Below are positions 58,864-64,000 of a stretch of DNA of 64,000 nucleotides, piece by piece. The stretch comes from Bugula neritina (Eukaryota; Animalia; Bryozoa). Where the stretch lies: the NCBI GenBank assembly GCA_964035545.1, contig OZ037769.1, positions 7,049,929 to 7,113,928 on the forward strand. The letters are read 5' to 3'. Position 1 is the first letter of the stretch. Each line of letters starts with the position of its first letter. Position numbers and translations under genes: made by a program. The notes under the pieces were generated by a model, which saw only the letters and a program-made list of their open reading frames with translations, searched no databases and was not told where the DNA came from.

Positions 58864-61800
58864 CTGCATTGGTCTGGCATAGGCAATTTGCAGTTCTCGT
58901 AGGATAGCAGACTATACCAAGTTCAGCAGCATGCTTTCGCTGTTCACATGTAACGGGATTTTAAGAAAATTTAGCGCAATGTATATAAGACTACAATTAT
59001 ACCTTACACTAAACGCTCTAAAATACCGCTACACTTAAGCTGCTTATTTGTCATGGAGCTTAAGTTAGCAGGCAACGTGCTTTTATAGCTGATTCCAACA
59101 GCAAGCTTTTTCAAAAACCTCTCAGACTTGTAAACTTTGTGACGATTGCTCAGCTTGCAAATTAGCCTGTTTGCTCAGCTTGCAAATTAGCCTAATAACC
59201 GTTGCTCTGGAGAGTTTCAACTCGACAGCTATAGCTGTTCACATAAAACAGGACCATGAACAGTTTTAATGGTAGCATATGGCACTACAATATTTTACTA
59301 CTAACCTCTCCAAGACAGCATTGTAACATTAATACCGCTTGTCCGTCACAAAGTTTGAGTTAATTGGCAACATAATTTAGTTAAGTTTGGTAGCATGGTT
59401 TAGCTGTTCACATATAACAGAGTTCTAGAAAGATCTAGTGACGGTATTTAGCACTATAACAATACCTGTCACTAACTCTCCTAAGACTCCATTAAACTTA
59501 TACTAGACGTCTGTCGAGAAGTTTTAATCATTTTGTAGCATGCTTTAGTTGAATTTGGCAGCATGGTTTAGCCGATTACATATATAACAGAGGTCTGGAG
59601 AAGACTAGCAACAACATATAACATTGCAATATCTTGTTGCTATCATCTGCAAGACACTGTTATAAAATTAATACTGCTTGTCTGTCTTTAAGTTCAGGTT
59701 AATTGGCAGTATTATTTAGCTGAATTTAACTGCATGGTTTAGCTGTTGACGTGTAGCAGAAGTCTGGAGAGTTCTAATGCTTGTATATAAAACTGCGATA
59801 TTTTACCACTTATATAGACTCTTCAAAACATTGTTGCACTGTTTTCTCATAGATAATCTGTCATGAAGTTAGCCTAAAACATGCTGCAAGAGATATGAAA
59901 GGTTGGGAAAAAAAGCATAGACCTTCAAATGACAGCAAGCAGAAAGGACATGAAAGCGTTCTAGATAAGCCTAAAAAAGTTTTTGACTCCAAATCAAGAA
60001 GAAGGATCCAACTTTGTGACTATGATGGAACCACAGTTAATTCTATAAAAAAAAACCGAAAAAAGAATATTGGAAAGAATCTCTAGTTGCTTTAATTAAA
60101 CGCTTAACATACCAGGAGAGCTAGATGAAACAGCAAACAAAATAGTATAATTAAGGTTACCGGTTGCACTGATTCTCTGAAAATGCCTGCGCCTATGTCA
60201 GCAATTGGTTCCATACAAGATGGAAAACCTGTTGGCAGAGATGGTATTTCATTAGAGGTATGGAAAGCTGGTTGGTAAAAATAAGACATGTTATATTTCT
60301 TAGCTATAAAATACAAAATAGGAAACACCAAGACCAAACCACAAGACTGGAAGAATGCAAGCATTGCTTCATTATTTAAGAAAGGTGATCGGAAAGGTCG
60401 TGGGAATTACCAGAGCACGTCCCTTCTATTTATTATAGGCAAGATTCTCCCTTGACTAAATCAGCTAAATGTACATAATATACCCAAGCTACACTACCAG
60501 AGTCTCAGTGTGGATCTAGAAGTGGAAGGAGTACAAGAGACATTGTTTTCTGCTTGAAGAAAGTGCAAGAGAAGTAAACAGAACAAAATATACCATTCTA
60601 CCTAATACTTTTTTATATAATTACTTGGTTTTTTATAAGTTTTTAATATAATATACATTTTTACATGTATATTTGACATACATGCAAAAATTGCCATACA
60701 TTAATAACCAAAGAAAATATTATGTTCTATTATAGATAATAGGATTTCTGTTGGTCAATAATAACCACTTTTCAATCATATAAATTTATCATAAGTGCTT
60801 TATTAAATCAACCATCACTGCTGCTAATATTGCTTATGCATCTATCCCTGTTATGGTTCTTCGCCCTAAACTTTGAAATTGTTTTATTAAACATTAGTAG
60901 TTAAACCATCTGCATTTATCATTTATAATCTTCATAGGGGTTAGCAGTTTACATGTTTAGACAAAGATGTTTTATATAGAGTATTCATCTATCACCTAAA
61001 GTAGTTCACTTGCTATCTTGACTTATTTAGTTAGGGTTATAATTTAATATGCAACAATCTTATACTCAGTAAAGAATAAACTTTTTTGGTTGCAATTTTT
61101 CTAGGGGGAGTAAATTAGTTACTGTCATTGTGATATAAAATGACAACGTTAAGCAAATGACTGAGCTTACCTTTTGCTGCAATGACAACTTCAGCAATTA
61201 TGAGTATGACTATTGCTGTAGACAGATAATTGAATTTGTGCAACTACAACTTTTAGGGGACCACATTGACTGACATTTCCCAAACTACTCTATTCCTGAA
61301 TCAATTTGATACGAGTTTTCCTGTAACAATCTATTTTCAAAAAATTTAGCGTTTTATTTCCACTTCATCTTCTAGCAATTTGTGCTAAATTCATTAATTT
61401 GAATTCCCCCATTGTAGAAGTATTGTTAATAATGCAGTTTAGCAGCCTACGAGTAATTATTAGCCCTAAGCAGCTGCCAAGCTAGCTTCTTGTTTTATAG
61501 CTAAGTACCAAAATGCCAATATTAGTGGTGAGTTGGCAAAGTTTGGCAAATTTTTTTTATTAACTTCCGTGCTACCAGTTTATTCTTTTATTTATCTTTG
61601 CACAGCACAATTAAATATAAAAATATGTTTAAGTAGCAATATTTTTCTTGGTAGTACTGTATTTGTTTTTCAATTTATAGACATACTGAAACTTATCAAT
61701 ATCTGTTATCTCGATATGAGGGGTCCATATAAAATGCTGACTCTAGCTTAAATTGTGGTTCACTGACATTGTGAGATAATTTTAATGCAGAGAAGCTTTT

Positions 61801-63423
61801 ATTAACTAAACTAATTATGCCCAACAGCTCTTGCATTTGTAAATAAGAAAGAAGTAAAATAAAACGATGGCCAAAATTGTTACTAAATTTTGATAAGCTC
61901 AAACTAACCCAAACACTACGCAACATAATGATCATAAGTTTGCCAAAGCCTGTATGGTTATTCAGAATCAAACAATTGGTACGATGGTGTTGAAAATATG
62001 CTGAAAGATTTATAGCTAACATCATTGATACTATTAGTTTTGGCCTTAGACTTCAGCTTCTTCAAAGTTGAACTTAATTTATTTACGCTGCTTGTGATTG
62101 TATATCTTAACCAAATGTTTACTGTTCATACCAATACAGTTTAAATATTACCCAACTTTTATCTTTTGTTGTAGATCCCATAACATTTAAGAACATGCAC
62201 TCAAAGATGTTGAATAGGAGCACAAAAAAGAATTTGACTGCTACAAAACTTTGAATCATGCTGAGACCTTCAGCCTGCAAGCAGGCGCATTCACCACTAC
62301 ATTACAAGCGTCACTGGGTACTCTCGACACTACACCTTACCCACTTTTCAAGAACTCAGCTGCCTTTTTTATATTACTCCTTCAAGCTTCCCTGACCACT
62401 CAACTCCTCTCGGAGTACTACCACACTTTACTAACCGCTGAAATTAGTTATAAAACTTTCCCCTCCCGTACTTGGGTTACTATCACAGACCTCGGACTTG
62501 CACACAGGTGTGCTAACCACAACTGCTTGGTTATCGCTACACTACAGAGCAAGAATGTAATGACACACACTATGGTCTTAGCAGGCTCTGCTAATATTGA
62601 GAAAAGTTAACTGAATTTACAGTCGTAGAAAAATTCTGCAAATGTTTATTTTCGTGTTTTCTTTCTTATTTTAATCTTTAGAAGTTATTTTTTGTTGCAT
62701 TTCTTATATTCAACTATCATATACAATAAAATCCACATTACTATACTCTCATACTGGTTAGAAGTTATGACAAGTTAGTTCAGAGTGATCAGTAATAATT
62801 TTTGCAGAAGCTTATTTCCAACAAAAATTAGAGCAGCATGGAACATTTATAAGTTCAGCTTCGAATATAACTTAGTGCAGCATTGAGCATATCTTAGATC
62901 ATCATTGAACAGAAATAAGATCATCATTAAACATATATAATATCACTATTGAGCATAAATAAAATCACCATTGAATATATATAAGCTCACCATTGAACAT
63001 ATATAAGATCACCATGGCATTGAACATAACTTGGCTTATTGTGATAAATACAAAGAATCAACTTCACAACTCTTTATATCAACATTGATCTAACATACTA
63101 TTCACTGTGAACAGTACCTGACACTAATTTCTATTCACTGCTGGTCAATTTAGGAGCCAAAAAACGAGCTGTTTTAGTTGTCAACTAATGTTCACTCTAA
63201 CACGAATATTTCTCTCTGTGCATGTACATTATATATAATTTATCAAATCATTATGCTATTATCTAAAAGCTATAGTTAAATCCATAAAATGGTTTGTTTT
63301 ACAGTTACAGATACTGCATCTTTACAAATTTTTTAAGCTGAAATCACAGGCACAGACTCACAAACACACATACGCACAAACACACATACGCACAAACATA
63401 GAGAACTAACCTAGGAAGTCCAT
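58864..63423 (-). CDS. Candidate small secreted or membrane peptide gene built from very short exons (3' end unresolved)
   Basis: Exons 63450-63411 (ATG at 63423, donor TAG|GTTAGT), 61215-61171 (45 nt, AAG|GTAAGC) and 58911-58864 (48 nt) join in phase 1 to MDFLAIVILIIAEVVIAAKVCYPTRTANCLCQTNA. No homology recognised. Confidence 0.35.
58918..59835. repeat. Decayed tandem array, unit about 170 bp
   Basis: Anchor gcatggtttagctgttcacatataacaga (or variants) at about 58929, 59228, 59394, 59562 and 59732. Confidence 0.7.
59870..60600 (+). mobile_element. Degraded RTE-like LINE ORF fragment
   Basis: Frameshifted translation GRDGISLEVWKAG...PQDWKNASIASLFKKGDRKGRGNYQSTSLL..IGKIL...LPESQCGSRSGRSTRDIVFCLKKVQEK, the RTE-clade pre-RT pattern (LPESQCGFR..R.T.D.IF...QEK). 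Confidence 0.8.
62250..62550 (-). mobile_element. Two tandem tRNA-like heads (SINE family B)
   Basis: Minus strand TGTAATGTAGTGGTGAATGCGCCTGCTTGCAGGCTGAAGGTCTCAG..GATTCAAA and TGTAGTGTAG..GTGGTTAGCACACCTGTGTGCAAGTCCGAGGTCT resemble 509-580. Confidence 0.5.
62880..63030. repeat. Degenerate ~22-bp tandem repeat
   Basis: cattgaacatatataagatcac-like units, about 7 copies. Confidence 0.7.
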
Positions 63424-63864
63424 AACGCAGCTTTTGATTTTTACTTGTAACTATGGTGACAGAAACAGAGTTCCCTCTTCAGTTTTTTATGGTGTTCTAC
63501 TTAATAAAATTTGATAGAGTGAGTGGTACCTCTGCGAGTTCATAGTTATTAGAATATGAATGCCTTTATATATATATAGCCATATTTCATTTGATAGACT
63601 GATGCAAAGTGTCATGGCGCTCATATCATCGGAGTACACCGATGTGACCATCCTCAGTCAGAAGTATGGTGTGACGGCTAGCCGCCAGAATCCAGGTGGA
63701 GACAAGTCCTGATTTACCTCTGTTCAATTTAGTTCATTCTCGATTTCTGATGTGATTCCGAACACAAAATTATAGTTGTCTTCCCTTGTTGCTTTCGTTC
63801 TTGCGTTTTCATCTCACAGTTTCAGGGCTCAGATTGAATCATTTTTGTCTTGACTGATTTGTTA

Positions 63865-64000
<136 letters not shown>

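Noticed and set aside
63598-63712. Plus-strand terminal exon LMQSVMALISSEYTDVTILSQKYG...*
   Set aside because: Open frame after an AG, but no upstream partner exons or recognisable homology; other frames are also largely open.

Overview
AT-rich, intron-rich eukaryotic (animal, probably invertebrate) genomic DNA; no bacterial, CRISPR or rRNA features. I assembled exons by hand from splice signals and reading-frame phase. Six protein-coding genes are supported: (1) a minus-strand plectin-repeat protein running off the left edge, (2) RPL4, (3) an SH3-domain protein, (4) NUP153, (5) ALDH7A1 (+), (6) PAQR3. RPL4 carries two intronic U18/SNORD18-type C/D-box snoRNAs and a TCT/5'TOP start. NUP153 has 11 RanBP2-type zinc fingers, 8 of them from a near-identical 174-bp tandem array. 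PAQR3 has a GC-AG intron. A seventh, speculative gene made of tiny exons and starting with a signal-peptide-like stretch lies at about 57.8-63.7 kb (-) and is invisible to the ORF track. Repeats include a 5'-truncated CR1/L2-like LINE, an RTE-like relic, two tRNA-derived SINE-like families, a 417-bp foldback element, a decayed ~170-bp tandem array and many mini/microsatellites. Exon boundaries are predictions, not transcript-verified.
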